From IMG/VR virus record IMGVR_UViG_2595698497_000001: DNA of 64,000 nt, one strand, 5' to 3'. Both the position numbers and the translations under genes were made by a program. Below, piece by piece: positions 26,438-37,904 of this stretch. The notes under the pieces are model-generated. The model did no database searches. It saw only the letters and a list, made by a program, of their open reading frames with translations, and was not told the DNA's origin. This DNA is from a virus. The first letter of the stretch is position 1. Each line of letters opens with the position of its first letter.

Positions 26438-27406
26438 TTATTCAGGATTTAGAATATCAACAACGTCGTTCAATTTAACAATAAGTTTTTGAATTTCGTT
26501 TCCTAGCGTTGTAATTTTGGCGTCAGTGGTTGATCCGTAATTGGCATGTGTAGTAGCTAATTTTCTTACCTCTAATATAATATTTCCGCCAGTGCCGGTA
26601 CTAGATCCGGCAATAATTACCTTATCTCCTAGTTTAAAATTGTTTCCGCCGTTATTTACAACTACCGAACTAACTACACCATCTGAAACAGTTACCGTTA
26701 CGTTTAAACCGCTGCCTCCAGAGGTACTTGCAGTTAGCCCATTTACTGCGTAAGTTCCGTCTGCTTTTTCTTCTTCTGATGTTTCAACTTTAAATTTTAT
26801 TGTTTCAACTGGGCCATCTGGGCCAAACTGTGCTTTACTAAAAAGACCAAAATTATTAATAATATCTCTTAGAGCTCCAAGATTAGAAGTATCTTGATTT
26901 AAAGAAGCTTCTAAAGAATCTACTCTTGCGTCTAAAGTTTGTCCGCCTGTATTTGAGCCTACAATTGTTCTTACCTGATCAAGGCTATCTTCAAAGATAC
27001 TAAGTCTAGTTTCTACTCCGGCTTCGCTCGTTCTTTGAGATTCTTCTAATAACAAAAATGCGTTCTCTAAGTTAGAAATAGAAGACGTAGCAGCATCTGA
27101 CAAAGCTGCTTGTGCTGATGCAACGGCTGTAGAAAAAATCTTCAGGTCTCTTATACTTGCGTAAGTTCTGTCTGCGTATCTTACGTTTACAACTCCTTCT
27201 TCAGTTGTAGGATCTACCGCTTCTACAACGGCAACGCCTAGCTTTAATCCACTTTTTGTCCCTGTACCATCTTCTATAAAAATGCTTGCATTAGATAATA
27301 GTCCGTCTTGAGAAAGAACTTCTCCTGTGCTTGTAAGTTCTTGTCTGGAGACGTTTAATAGACCTCCAGCGTAGTCTTCAATAAATCTAGATCTAAGGTC
27401 TGCCAT
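26438..27406 (-). CDS. putative virion structural protein
   Basis: Coiled-coil segment plus GGSGLNVTVTV..G.VSSVVVNNGG beta module typical of cyanophage structural proteins. Confidence 0.65.
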   Translation of the reverse strand: MADLRSRFIEDYAGGLLNVSRQELTSTGEVLSQDGLLSNASIFIEDGTGTKSGLKLGVAVVEAVDPTTEEGVVNVRYADRTYASIRDLKIFSTAVASAQAALSDAATSSISNLENAFLLLEESQRTSEAGVETRLSIFEDSLDQVRTIVGSNTGGQTLDARVDSLEASLNQDTSNLGALRDIINNFGLFSKAQFGPDGPVETIKFKVETSEEEKADGTYAVNGLTASTSGGSGLNVTVTVSDGVVSSVVVNNGGNNFKLGDKVIIAGSSTGTGGNIILEVRKLATTHANYGSTTDAKITTLGNEIQKLIVKLNDVVDILNPE

Positions 27407-27429
27407 AATATTGAGCTATTTGTATATTA

Positions 27430-28548
27430 TTAGTAGCCACCGCCGTAACCGCCGCTTGGACTTGGAGAAGGCGTGGGTGATGGGGATGGGGATGGGCTGG
27501 GACTTGGAGCCGGGCTCGGGCTCGGAGTAGGGCTCGGAGTAGGCTGCGGGGTGGGAGTAGGAGTAGGACTCGGACTCGGAGTAGGCTGGGGAGTGGGACT
27601 CGGAGATGACTGAGACTGCGCTGGAGCAGGTGCTGAAGCTTGACTTGCTTGAGCAGCTTGAGCAGCTGCTTGAGGCTGAGAACTAGGATCAGTGGTTGGG
27701 CCTGCTGTCGGGGTCGGAGGAATCTGTTGTATTTGCATTCCTGTGTAGTACCCTTCTATTTGTTTATCCCCTATATTTTTGGGGAAGAAAGCGTACATTT
27801 GAATTGGAATTACACTCGTAGGAGGAGGGTTGTCCCATAAAACTAGCCAGTTATTTGAAACTAATAGCCTAATTTTAGAAGCAATTTTTCTATTACCCCA
27901 ATTTATCTCATTACCAGTTAAATCTAGCAAAGTAGAAAACTTCTTTCTAAATGGAGGTAGAGTACCTGGGATTATATTACCGGACTCTGTTTTTGTTGGA
28001 GTAAAAGAACACAGGATATTTTGTAAATTAGCCTCTGTTAACCTACAGTTCTTTAAACTCAATACTTTTATATTTTTAGACAAACCTAAATTAACTACCT
28101 CTAATTGAGAGCAGTTTGTTAGATCAAGCTTTTCTAGGGTTTGCGCTTCTGTAATAGTTACGGATTTTAATGTTTCGTTACCTTCTAAATTAAGTTCTTT
28201 CAAACAATGTCTTGCTTCGTTTATGTTTACATATACTAAGCTATTTCTTTGCAAGTTAATCCGTTCAATTTTTGGATCAATACTTATATCAAGTTCAGAA
28301 TCTATCCATAAATCGTCCCAGGTAACAATACCTTGGTTAGTTACTTTTAACTCTTTCAAAATTTGATAATTAAAGGAGTCTATTAAAATCCCTCCAGATG
28401 TGCTTTTCTCTTTATATATCCTTGCTTCATCATTTGAAACAATATTTGTGTTCTCAAATGCAACATAGTTAAAGCTATTAGATTGTTTTTTGCTAAAAGG
28501 TAATAAAACTTGATTTTCTTCTAATAAAAAGTTAGAGTAAATTTTCAT
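27430..28548 (-). CDS. leucine-rich-repeat-like protein with Pro/Ser/Thr-rich tail
   Basis: [18 protein letters not shown] and IKVLSLKNC repeats; C-terminal (PS/PT)n-GGYGGGY. Confidence 0.75.
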   Translation of the reverse strand: MKIYSNFLLEENQVLLPFSKKQSNSFNYVAFENTNIVSNDEARIYKEKSTSGGILIDSFNYQILKELKVTNQGIVTWDDLWIDSELDISIDPKIERINLQRNSLVYVNINEARHCLKELNLEGNETLKSVTITEAQTLEKLDLTNCSQLEVVNLGLSKNIKVLSLKNCRLTEANLQNILCSFTPTKTESGNIIPGTLPPFRKKFSTLLDLTGNEINWGNRKIASKIRLLVSNNWLVLWDNPPPTSVIPIQMYAFFPKNIGDKQIEGYYTGMQIQQIPPTPTAGPTTDPSSQPQAAAQAAQASQASAPAPAQSQSSPSPTPQPTPSPSPTPTPTPQPTPSPTPSPSPAPSPSPSPSPSPTPSPSPSGGYGGGY

Positions 28549-31500
28549 TTCAAGGATCCTCCAGAAAGGGTTTTAGGACAGAATTTTAAAAACTTTGCAT
28601 TACCCTGTCTATTAAATTTTTTACATTTAATTAGATTCATGCATGCTTGATAGGCATAAGGATCTTCTAGCAAAGAACATTTAAATGGCTCATCTTTTTC
28701 AAATTTTGCTTTAATAGCCTCTATTAATCCAAACTCGCTATTATAATAAGAGGAATATAAAGCTTCTAGAGAAGAGCCATCTTTTTTAAATACTATAGGT
28801 TCAGAGGACAGAGTATTAATAAGAGGATCTCCGTTTGATGACGGGGTAATAGACTCTCCTGGAAGTATGCTAAAATAAGCAGGTACATTCTGAGTTAAAA
28901 ATACTTCTTTTGGTTTATTTATTTCTTCTGAGCCTAAAGGCCTATCAATCTTAATACTACTATTTTCTGAGGTAGTTAAATTGTTAGAATTATCTCTTTG
29001 CGAATATACAGCTTTATTAGTAGGGCTTCCGCATTGATTTTCTTTACCTGAAAAAGTTTCTTCACATTTTGTACCACCAAATTTCTTACAAGACTCTATG
29101 GTATTAAATTGAGAGACTAGCCCCTTTGCAAGAAGGTTATCTTCTTCAATTTGAATAAGCTCCTCTCTTAATTGAGGATTTTGATATGCTTTAGGTACTT
29201 TATTGGTTTCTTTTAAATTATCTACTATATTATTATTTTTATCAACTTGAACATTAACATATTCTTTTTCCGTAGATTCCTGAGAAAATCCGGTTATAAT
29301 TTTTGTATCTTCAATTAGCCCTATAAATTTATTTAATTTTTCAGATTCAGATAACCCCTTTAATGCCGCTGGTGCAATAAAAGAATAATTAGTAGATATT
29401 TCTGTAGAAAGTATTTTAGATTGTTCTGGAGTTATAGAGTTTTCCAAAGGAATGGACTCTGGAACAGGAGAATTACCTATGCCTGGAGAACCTATTATCT
29501 CTGCTGTAGAGTTTACAGAAGGAGATCCAAAGTCGGACAAATTATTTCCTTCTGGCGTTAATCCCGCTATAATATTTGAAATTTCTTCTATTTTATTATT
29601 AGACGTAGAAATAATATTTTCAAAAGGATATATGTTTTTATTATTTTGAGATAGAGTAAACTCAAGAGAGTTTGCAAAATTATCAAGTACTAAAGACATT
29701 AAAGAAGAAAGACTCTTAATAACTAAAACCAACTCAGAAAAAATAGGGCTTTTAATTAAAAAGTTTGGTACTTGATACGAGTTATTATAATAGCTTAATT
29801 TATGCAATAATCCACTTACATAGGCAAAGTTAATTATTCTTGTAAACTGTCCTCCTGAGTACCCATCCATTAATTGTCCATATTCAGAATAAAAGGATCC
29901 GCTTCCAAATATATTAAATAGCTCTTCTGAAGTAAGAGAAAAACTCCTATCGTATAGGTTTTGTAGCACTCTAGTGGGTACGTCTCCTATCTCATAGTTA
30001 ATTACATCTGTAAATTTTTTAAGTTCTGTAGGAGCAATTTCATTAGCAGTAGGATAATCTATGTTATAAGCTTCTTTGCTAAGCCCTTTACTAGTTCCAA
30101 AAATTAAAGAATTTACAATAGGCTTTAAAAGAGAAATACTATCTTTATCTTTTAATAAATTAACTTCTTTATTACTAAGAAGATAAGAAATAGACTCAAA
30201 GAGATCTAGTTGATTTTGTGAAAGAAATTTTTTGAATAGTTCTATCTGATTTTTATCTATTGCAAATGTTAGGTTTAGTAGTAATCCTACTAATTTACCA
30301 AATCTTTGCTCATTATATACCACAGCATCGCTTCTATCTTTAAGCGAAATCATTAATAGTTTTTCTAATCCATTAGAATCTCTGGAGTATAAATATTGTA
30401 AATAAGCATCTATCGCCTCTTCTCCTCCAAACTCATATAGTAATTGAGAAAGCTCATATCCTCTTAAAAATGAAATTTGATCTCTAGAGTCGCTAATAGG
30501 GGCAAATTTTTCAATTAAATCTTTAAAGGATTCAGCAGATAAAAACTCGTTAATTTCATTTTCTTGGAAATTAAGCGATCTAAGTTGATCTACAAGAGCG
30601 CTTCTATCTTTATTGGAAAATTTAAAAGATATATCTCCTACAAAAGTACCAGGTAAGTATCCTAGAGATTCTATACCAGATAAAATTTGATCTAAATTAT
30701 TTTGAACCGCCCTTCCCCATGTAAGCAAGTCTTCCATTGCGCTACCTGCAAAAATAGGATCTACAATAACATCGGACATTTTCTTATACGAGTTATATAG
30801 GTACCTTACGCCTCCATTAAAACCAGGCATTATTTCTTTATCTGCGTACTGAGTATTTAAAATAGGAGTAGATACAAATATGTCTGATAATTCTTGTAAG
30901 TGTATTTTCATAGAGCCCCATCCCTCGTATCCTGGAACAAGCCCATCTTCATTTAAAGAGTCATTTACACTTTCTATTACATCGGCTAATTGATCAGATA
31001 TAACAACCATTCTTTCTAGACCATAAAGAATAAGGTCTACATTAGTTTTTTCAGAATAAGGATTAACAGTAATTCCTTTATATCTATCTTGAAGTCCATA
31101 GTAATATTTTGCTGCTATAGGATTATAGGTTAGTTCGTAAGTTTTATCCCCCGTAGTAACAACTTGTCCTCCTATAACATTACCTACTTCCGGCTCTCTT
31201 TTTAAAGCGTAGGGCACATAGTCAGATCCTGCATCTACAGCTTCTGGAGGGAGCTCAATATTTTGATTAAAAGATTTTAAAGATCTAAATCCTTCTAAAA
31301 AAGAAAGTCCTGCAATTTCATTTTGCACAAGACCATAGTTATACAATGTATTAAAATCTCCGAACAAAGGAGAACCTCCCAAATCAGAAAATCCAGAAAC
31401 TATACTTTTTCCAAAGATACAAGAGAAGAAATATTCATCAAATTTTGCAGCATAGTCTACGCTCCCTATAGCAGATCCTTGCGAACCTGCGGTATAGCTC

Positions 31501-32417
31501 AAACTGCCTCTGAGAGATAAGAGATTTCTTACAAACTGTTTTCCCTTACCTCCTAACGTAAGAGATAAGTCTTTTTCGTCATATTTTAGCCCTGTGTCTT
31601 TTTGAGTAACACTAGAATCAGAAATAATAGGGTTTACGTTTTTTGCATTCGCAAGAGCTGAAGAAACATACCCTTCTACATTTTTTCTAATTTTTTCATT
31701 AATTTTATTTGATTTATTTAAAAACTTTGATGAAAATTTTCTCCATTCAGAAGAATCAAATTGTCCCGTGGGTTTTCCTATATTATCATTGAGCAAATAT
31801 AACTCGTCATTATATATAGTTAGCTTTTGATAATATCCAGGGTCGACCTTATATAGTTCTTGTTGTTCTTCCCAAAATGCATCTTTTGTAATTAAGCTAA
31901 ATATTTTTCTAGATACAGGGTCATAGTTGTTTTTGCTATATCTTTGCTTATTAACTCCCACTGAAGGCGCGTATTCAGAGATTAATTGTACAAGCCTTTC
32001 TCCTGTAGACTCCTTTAAAAATGTATCTCTTTCTGTAGCAGACTTTCTTAGCTTAAGGCAATAAGAGCTAATTCTTTGATTTAATTGTTCGTTATTTCCT
32101 GTAGAGGATATAAATCCTAAAATTTGGGCTTCGATTAAATCGATAAGAGTTGCAAATAAAAGATAGTTAAGATCTACTTTTACAAAGAGAAGCAATATCT
32201 TCTGATATAGAGGCAGAACTTCTGCAGGTTTTTCTTCTTGGATTCTTGTTACAACTACTTGGAATAAGTCTAAAAATCCTTCATATTGGCTTTTTCTTAC
32301 AGCATCGACTTGATACTTACCAAAGTTAGCTTCGTATTGTTTAAAAGCGCCCTCTACCAAATCTGGCATATTATACAAAACAAAAGGAAGCTGTCTTTTT
32401 GACTTATCTGTTAGCAT
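28545..32417 (-). CDS. large hypothetical protein (1290 aa), probably virion-associated
   Basis: Long AT-rich ORF preceded by a GTTTAAAG box; no motif recognised. Confidence 0.8.
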   Translation of the reverse strand: MLTDKSKRQLPFVLYNMPDLVEGAFKQYEANFGKYQVDAVRKSQYEGFLDLFQVVVTRIQEEKPAEVLPLYQKILLLFVKVDLNYLLFATLIDLIEAQILGFISSTGNNEQLNQRISSYCLKLRKSATERDTFLKESTGERLVQLISEYAPSVGVNKQRYSKNNYDPVSRKIFSLITKDAFWEEQQELYKVDPGYYQKLTIYNDELYLLNDNIGKPTGQFDSSEWRKFSSKFLNKSNKINEKIRKNVEGYVSSALANAKNVNPIISDSSVTQKDTGLKYDEKDLSLTLGGKGKQFVRNLLSLRGSLSYTAGSQGSAIGSVDYAAKFDEYFFSCIFGKSIVSGFSDLGGSPLFGDFNTLYNYGLVQNEIAGLSFLEGFRSLKSFNQNIELPPEAVDAGSDYVPYALKREPEVGNVIGGQVVTTGDKTYELTYNPIAAKYYYGLQDRYKGITVNPYSEKTNVDLILYGLERMVVISDQLADVIESVNDSLNEDGLVPGYEGWGSMKIHLQELSDIFVSTPILNTQYADKEIMPGFNGGVRYLYNSYKKMSDVIVDPIFAGSAMEDLLTWGRAVQNNLDQILSGIESLGYLPGTFVGDISFKFSNKDRSALVDQLRSLNFQENEINEFLSAESFKDLIEKFAPISDSRDQISFLRGYELSQLLYEFGGEEAIDAYLQYLYSRDSNGLEKLLMISLKDRSDAVVYNEQRFGKLVGLLLNLTFAIDKNQIELFKKFLSQNQLDLFESISYLLSNKEVNLLKDKDSISLLKPIVNSLIFGTSKGLSKEAYNIDYPTANEIAPTELKKFTDVINYEIGDVPTRVLQNLYDRSFSLTSEELFNIFGSGSFYSEYGQLMDGYSGGQFTRIINFAYVSGLLHKLSYYNNSYQVPNFLIKSPIFSELVLVIKSLSSLMSLVLDNFANSLEFTLSQNNKNIYPFENIISTSNNKIEEISNIIAGLTPEGNNLSDFGSPSVNSTAEIIGSPGIGNSPVPESIPLENSITPEQSKILSTEISTNYSFIAPAALKGLSESEKLNKFIGLIEDTKIITGFSQESTEKEYVNVQVDKNNNIVDNLKETNKVPKAYQNPQLREELIQIEEDNLLAKGLVSQFNTIESCKKFGGTKCEETFSGKENQCGSPTNKAVYSQRDNSNNLTTSENSSIKIDRPLGSEEINKPKEVFLTQNVPAYFSILPGESITPSSNGDPLINTLSSEPIVFKKDGSSLEALYSSYYNSEFGLIEAIKAKFEKDEPFKCSLLEDPYAYQACMNLIKCKKFNRQGNAKFLKFCPKTLSGGSLK

Positions 32418-32435
32418 TGCTAGGCTTTTTTTAAA

Positions 32436-32456
32436 CTTTAAACTTTGAGTTTAAAG
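32436..32456. promoter_or_regulatory. divergent pair of GTTTAAAG boxes
   Basis: Minus 32436-32443 and plus 32449-32456, 18 and 21 nt from ATGs 32417 and 32478. Confidence 0.7.
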
Positions 32457-32477
32457 CTTTACAGCAAAATTCTAAAC

Positions 32478-32948
32478 ATGTCCGACAAAGTTTCTGTAGT
32501 AATTATCAAAGCAAAATCTGTAGATGCAACTACAGACATTAATAAAATGACGGTGCATTTAGAACAAATTTTAACAGAGAAACAGAAAGTAGATGTTAAA
32601 ACTAGGCAGTCTGTGACAGAAGCAACGTTAAAAGGATCTGACTTTATTATTTTTGCAGGGTGGGATAGTATGTCTATTTCTCAGTTATTTTCCGCAATTA
32701 GCTTTCTTGAAAAAGAAGATGAATCTGCAAAAGAAAAACTAATTTTCTTATTTGATGAGCCAGGTGCCAGTTGCTGGGATAGTCTTAATAGGCTTTTGAC
32801 AGATGGCATGGATCTTAGAAGAATTGATAGCAAAATATTTAAAAAAATTGTTGATTGCTGGAGCTATCGTGATATAATGAGCTATATAGATGTAAAACTA
32901 CGCAAACTAGACGTTAATGCAACTTCAGGAGATCTTAACGCTGTGTAA
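32478..32948 (+). CDS. hypothetical protein (alpha/beta)
   Basis: ATG 32478 (MSDKVSVVII...) in the frame of track ORF 32445. Confidence 0.7.
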   Translation: MSDKVSVVIIKAKSVDATTDINKMTVHLEQILTEKQKVDVKTRQSVTEATLKGSDFIIFAGWDSMSISQLFSAISFLEKEDESAKEKLIFLFDEPGASCWDSLNRLLTDGMDLRRIDSKIFKKIVDCWSYRDIMSYIDVKLRKLDVNATSGDLNAV

Positions 32949-33882
32949 TATTTCAGACTCTGCTCTGGACAAAATTCTTGCGCATGATCGATGGAAGATA
33001 GAACAACAATTTGCTCACGAGAAGTGGATCGCAGAACTTAACGCAAGCGTAAAAGGATGCAATAAACCTAAAGTAATTACTTCTCAAAACCTCTCAGAAG
33101 ATGACGTTCTTGTAAATGAACTAACAGGCTACGGAGAACTTGATAATACTCATATTGGAAAATTATCTAAGACTCCTATTTGGGCCGCTTCAGAAAATAA
33201 AGCAATGGATGTTTTCTATGAGTGGAAGAAGGCAATTGTAGATATTGATGATCTTCCTAAAAAGGATATTTCCGATTCTAGGATTAAAAAGCTTTTGACT
33301 ACTTTCCTTTGGTCAAACTCTCTTGCGCAAAGATATGCTTTTTGGCCGGAAGGAAAAGATATGCATTATATCGATGCAGCTAAAAGAGAGATAAAACAAA
33401 AACTCCAGTCTTATGCAAATGTTACTATTGTGCGCGGATATGACGCTTTTAAGAAATTCTGGAAAGAAATAAACGCAGATACTAATGTCGAGTTCAATTC
33501 ATCTTTTATCGGATCTATTTTAGATAACGCATACGAGGAAACATTAAAGAAAGAAAAGCAAGAGAAAAAAGCTGATTTATTTAAATCGCCTTTGTTTCAC
33601 GAAATGTCTAAAAAGTTTCCTAAAATTTGTCTCAAAGAACTTAAAACTCAAATGGTCGCAAAAAGAGGAGACTTTATGTCTGCAATTCTTGCAATTGAAC
33701 TTAAAAACTTTTCAAAAAATATCCCAGAAGAGTATAAAGAACTATATACCCAAGAAACTTGGGAGAACAGTTATTTCAAATATGTAAGAAAATACGACGA
33801 AACTTGGCGTAATACTTACAAAGATTTCTATCTCACTATTCGCAAAGAACACGAAAAATGGAAAAAGGAATTAACATCTTAA
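32917..33882 (+). CDS. hypothetical protein
   Basis: 321-aa ORF; TGaTATAAT at 32870-32878 upstream. Confidence 0.8.
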   Translation: MQLQEILTLCNISDSALDKILAHDRWKIEQQFAHEKWIAELNASVKGCNKPKVITSQNLSEDDVLVNELTGYGELDNTHIGKLSKTPIWAASENKAMDVFYEWKKAIVDIDDLPKKDISDSRIKKLLTTFLWSNSLAQRYAFWPEGKDMHYIDAAKREIKQKLQSYANVTIVRGYDAFKKFWKEINADTNVEFNSSFIGSILDNAYEETLKKEKQEKKADLFKSPLFHEMSKKFPKICLKELKTQMVAKRGDFMSAILAIELKNFSKNIPEEYKELYTQETWENSYFKYVRKYDETWRNTYKDFYLTIRKEHEKWKKELTS

Positions 33883-34052
33883 CCACTGGACAAACTGTAA
33901 CCGTAGAGGGAGCAGAAGAATTAATTGCAGAATGGGACGAAGGTAAGCTAACTAGGGAAGAGTTAACAGAAAAACTCATGAATCTAGAAACAGTGCTTAC
34001 AGACGTAACCAAGGTAAATGAAGAAGGTCAGTTTAAAGAAACTAAAGAATAA
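33858..34052 (+). CDS. hypothetical protein
   Basis: 64-aa acidic ORF. Confidence 0.6.
   Translation: MEKGINILTTGQTVTVEGAEELIAEWDEGKLTREELTEKLMNLETVLTDVTKVNEEGQFKETKE
34031..34038 (+). promoter_or_regulatory. GTTTAAAG box (candidate late promoter)
   Basis: 30 nt upstream of the portal ATG. Confidence 0.6.
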
Positions 34053-34068
34053 TGTGTAAAAATACCAA

Positions 34069-35928
34069 ATGACCTCTGAAAATCCCCAAAGACACATCAA
34101 ATCTGGGTTTTTCGACCGGTATTTTTCCCTAGGCGTGTCTCAAGGAAACTTAGCAGGATATAAGTCTGATCCGTATTCTTATAACGGAGCACCTTATCTC
34201 CATAGCGGAGTAATCCTACCAAGAAGAGATGACATCCTCCTAGAAGAGGGTGGTGGTGGCCCTAGAGCCATTGAGAAATACATGAGGCTATTTAACGATA
34301 GCCAGATTCTCGCCGCTTGGGAAAAACTTATTGGTGAAATTGTACAGAGACCGTGGGAAGTTTATCCCGCCTCTAATTCCGATGAGGATGAGGAGGTTGC
34401 CGAGTTTGTAAGACAAGTTATCAATAGGATCGGTACAAACACTAGACAGTCTTATGGTAAAGAGTCCCTAGTTGCGAGTAACGCGGGGTTTGATACCTTT
34501 GTCAGAGGAATGTGCGAGTCAATTATACTCGGCATGTCTGTTAGTGAAATTTGCTGGATGAGACAAGGCAAATACATAGTTCCTTCTGAGTTAAAAATAA
34601 GAGACCCTAGAAGATTCTTATTTAAATTAAATGAGGATGGTACTGTAAGCCCAAGACTCATTACAAAATTTTCTCCTGTAGAGGGGATGGGAATTCCTCT
34701 AAGAGCCCTTGTTTTACATAGACATTGGGCCTATAGTAATTTCAATGATGTCCATGGATCTGGATTAGGTCGTCAGTTATATCCTTTAGTAGAGTTTAGA
34801 AGAACCCTTCTTAACTTTTGGTTACAATATGCTGATAAGCATACGACTCCTACTGCTGTTGGTAAATTCAGTCTAGGAACTCCAGAGGAAGAAGTCCAAG
34901 CTTTATTTACTGCTCTACAACGTCTTGGTCAAGAAACAGCTGTTGTTCTCCCAGACGAGATGGATATTCAATGGTTAGAAAGTAACGGACGCCCAGAACT
35001 TTACAATCAGCTTATTAGCTATATAGATCAGCAAATCAGCTTTGTAATTAACGGCGAAACAACTGTTGGCCAAGAGACCGGAAGTGTTGGCTCATTTGCT
35101 CGCGATCAAATCGCCGACTCTGTTCGTATGCGTAAGGCAAAAGCCTTTTCTGAAGAGCTTGATGAAACAATTAACTCTACATTGGTCCGATGGATTGTAG
35201 AACTTAATTATCCTGGCAAGAACCCTCCGCGTTTGGTTCGTAACTTTGAAGATCTTAAGCAACGTGAAGATCCGGTGCGTATTGTTCAAGTCCTTTCTCA
35301 GCTGGGAGCACTAGGATACGCAGTTGATGATCTAGATTGGCTTAGAGATCACCTTAACATTCCTTCGTTGATTAAGCAGGAAATGCCTGAAGGTGGAATG
35401 ATGGGAGGAGGGTTAATGCCTCCTGCAGAAGAAGAAGCCCCCATGGCCGAAGACATGGACTTTGGCACCGACCTTATGAAGCTATTCGACTTTGACGAGG
35501 GCTCTTTAAAAGAGAGAATCTCTGAGACTATCTCTTCTAACTTCAAAGGTAGTATTGATGACGTAGGCTTCCAAAGAATCGTTTCGGATGCTACAGGAAA
35601 TGAAATGACAATTTCTAGGCTCGATATTGACGAGTATACTTCTCCTGGAGAAATTATTTACGTTATCGATAGACTATTTGAAGAAATTAAAAATGTACGT
35701 CGTCAACCTCCAGAATCTCTAGAACCTAAGAGTTTGTATATGAACGAACTTCAAAGACTAAAGGCATCTTTGGAACAGGAAGGATTTACAGAAGAGGATT
35801 CTGCTTCACTTGTAAATCTTTATAATAATGTATTTAGATTAAATAGATATGTTGTACATAGAGAGGCAATTACTTTAGACCCAGAATCTAAAGGATACTG
35901 GCGCTGGTTCGATCCTTATTTTCAATAG
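34069..35928 (+). CDS. portal protein (DUF935/Mu gp29-like)
   Basis: GMSVSEICW, GSGLGRQLY, FWLQYADKH..P..VGK, ISFVINGETT and LVRWIVELNY motifs. Confidence 0.88.
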   Translation: MTSENPQRHIKSGFFDRYFSLGVSQGNLAGYKSDPYSYNGAPYLHSGVILPRRDDILLEEGGGGPRAIEKYMRLFNDSQILAAWEKLIGEIVQRPWEVYPASNSDEDEEVAEFVRQVINRIGTNTRQSYGKESLVASNAGFDTFVRGMCESIILGMSVSEICWMRQGKYIVPSELKIRDPRRFLFKLNEDGTVSPRLITKFSPVEGMGIPLRALVLHRHWAYSNFNDVHGSGLGRQLYPLVEFRRTLLNFWLQYADKHTTPTAVGKFSLGTPEEEVQALFTALQRLGQETAVVLPDEMDIQWLESNGRPELYNQLISYIDQQISFVINGETTVGQETGSVGSFARDQIADSVRMRKAKAFSEELDETINSTLVRWIVELNYPGKNPPRLVRNFEDLKQREDPVRIVQVLSQLGALGYAVDDLDWLRDHLNIPSLIKQEMPEGGMMGGGLMPPAEEEAPMAEDMDFGTDLMKLFDFDEGSLKERISETISSNFKGSIDDVGFQRIVSDATGNEMTISRLDIDEYTSPGEIIYVIDRLFEEIKNVRRQPPESLEPKSLYMNELQRLKASLEQEGFTEEDSASLVNLYNNVFRLNRYVVHREAITLDPESKGYWRWFDPYFQ

Positions 35929-35978
35929 TTCACCTAGTTTAAATAGTTATTAGAAATATTGCATATATTCTAATTGCT

Positions 35979-36407
35979 ATGCTATCTTATAAGCCAATTA
36001 CCCAAGCCCAGTACTGGATTCAGGCTTCTCCTTTCCAGCACTATTTCACAACCTTCTCTGGAATTAGAGACACATCTGCCACTACTCAGTATGCGGATGG
36101 TGTAAGAGGTCGTATCTTCCAGCTCAAGGGTCCTCGTACTCTTTCTGAAGTTACTATCACCGCTCCTTTTGACCCTGAAAAGCACGCCGATATTGTCGAC
36201 TTCTGGAAGACCTATGATTGCTCTTTTATTACTCTAACTGTTACTCCTGTTAGTTGTGGTGAAGATCCTTCTCCCCTAGGAAATAGAACTATTACTGTTC
36301 CTGACGCTCAGATTACTTCTCTTAACTTTGGTCAGGCCGACAGATCCTCTACAAATGTTTCTACTCTTGAGCTTACATTTGTAATGGACACATTCACTTA
36401 TAATTGA
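35979..36407 (+). CDS. tail tube protein
   Basis: 142-aa beta-rich protein, FTTFSGI, D.SSTNVSTLELTF C-terminus; highly expressed-type codon bias. Confidence 0.7.
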   Translation: MLSYKPITQAQYWIQASPFQHYFTTFSGIRDTSATTQYADGVRGRIFQLKGPRTLSEVTITAPFDPEKHADIVDFWKTYDCSFITLTVTPVSCGEDPSPLGNRTITVPDAQITSLNFGQADRSSTNVSTLELTFVMDTFTYN

Positions 36408-36433
36408 TCTATTATCACTAGGAGGGTTGAAGC

Positions 36434-37891
36434 ATGTCGCTCTCCAACCTTTATTTTAAAAATTGCTTTTCTGAATTAACAGAAGAGCAAAAGGCTGCAA
36501 TAGATAGCATTTCGGTTGAAGACGAAGTAGTAGATAAGTCCTGCGCAAGAGACGTAAATACCTGCGGTACGACGGTCGAAGAATTATTCGACGAGTATGC
36601 GTTGTACGATCCGCAGAGAGGATTGTATCGTTCTTGGGGCGATATAATTTTCCCTTGGGACATTGATGTATCTGTTAGATCTAATTTAAATTATTCACTC
36701 ACAGACGATAAGTGGAAGATAGCTAAGTATGCTGCTCTTTATGCTTATTTTGATGGAGACAGAGTTCTTTATATTGAAGACGACGGGTATAAGGTTTGTT
36801 TATATGAGGCTAACCAAGATATCGTAGCAATTGCTGGCCCGCTTGATAAAACTAAGTGGGATCAAGTTTGCTGTATTGAATTATCAGAACCATTTGGCCT
36901 GCCTACTTTAGAAGAGCTAGAAGAACGTTGTCATTATTATGATTTAGAATTTTTCTGGAAAAAATGGAAAAATTACTCTGGCGAATGGGAAGATAACTTT
37001 TTTGAACAAGCAATTAGCACTTGCAATACTGCTGGGGTTTCAACTGCAGAGTTTATTGAAAGGTTAAAAGAAAGAGAATCGGAATACGAATGTGCAAGTG
37101 ATAAGAGTTCTGATAGATGGCTAGAAGCAAGAGTTAGAAAAGAAAATTTCTATGAAAGAGGAGATTGTGTTTTAGTAAAAGGCGTTTGCGAAGATACTGT
37201 TTGCGTATATCTTGCTACCCAAGACATTCCCGCCACAGAGTCAAATTTTAATGAACTAAGACAATTTAAATCTCGTCTAAAGCCCTCTTCAGAAACTACT
37301 AGTTATACAGTAACAGTACAAAGCGTAGTTGATGGTAATCGTTACTTTATTGATGGTTCTCAGCAATCTACTTTAAATCTCAGAGAAGGCCAGACCTATC
37401 GCTTTAGGCAAGATGATAGCTCTAACGCTAATCATCCAATACGCTTTTCTACTACGCCTAACGGTACTCATGGCGGCGGGGCTGAATTTACTCAAGGTGT
37501 AACTATAGTTGGTACTGCTGGCAGCACCGGAGCGTATACTGAAATTACAGTACCAGAAGGCGCACCGACCCTTTATTACTATTGCGTTAATCACTCTTTA
37601 ATGGGAGGGACCGCAAACACTCTCGGATTACTTCTCTGGGAAAGACTTTACTGTCTACAAACCGGAAGAAACAAATGTTTAGAGCCTCAAAGAAAAAGAG
37701 ACTTACCTAATTACCAACTTGTAGAAATAGGATCGTTAGGCCATTATGTAGAGCAACCCATACCTTATTATAATTTGGAAGGTAAGTATATCTGCGAAGA
37801 AGATAATATAGAGACATTAAATGAAAGATTAGAATGTACTGAGCCCAGAGTACTAACAGACGAAGAGATAGATCAACTAGATCCTCCATAG
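36434..37891 (+). CDS. Cys-rich structural protein with an inserted cupredoxin-like module
   Basis: GGAGG RBS; insert LNLREGQTYRF..NHPIRF...LYYYCVNHSLMGG. Confidence 0.7.
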   Translation: MSLSNLYFKNCFSELTEEQKAAIDSISVEDEVVDKSCARDVNTCGTTVEELFDEYALYDPQRGLYRSWGDIIFPWDIDVSVRSNLNYSLTDDKWKIAKYAALYAYFDGDRVLYIEDDGYKVCLYEANQDIVAIAGPLDKTKWDQVCCIELSEPFGLPTLEELEERCHYYDLEFFWKKWKNYSGEWEDNFFEQAISTCNTAGVSTAEFIERLKERESEYECASDKSSDRWLEARVRKENFYERGDCVLVKGVCEDTVCVYLATQDIPATESNFNELRQFKSRLKPSSETTSYTVTVQSVVDGNRYFIDGSQQSTLNLREGQTYRFRQDDSSNANHPIRFSTTPNGTHGGGAEFTQGVTIVGTAGSTGAYTEITVPEGAPTLYYYCVNHSLMGGTANTLGLLLWERLYCLQTGRNKCLEPQRKRDLPNYQLVEIGSLGHYVEQPIPYYNLEGKYICEEDNIETLNERLECTEPRVLTDEEIDQLDPP

Positions 37892-37904
37892 TTTAAAATA
37901 GAAT

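Noticed and set aside
1485..28058. GTTTAAAG copies at 1485(+), 14932(+) and 28051(-)
   Set aside because: They lie inside coding sequence with no suitably placed start identified; a few chance copies are expected in AT-rich DNA.
14903..35928. Transposable Mu-like prophage
   Set aside because: Only the morphogenesis genes are Mu-like. No transposase, repressor or host flank is present, and the context is a large lytic phage.
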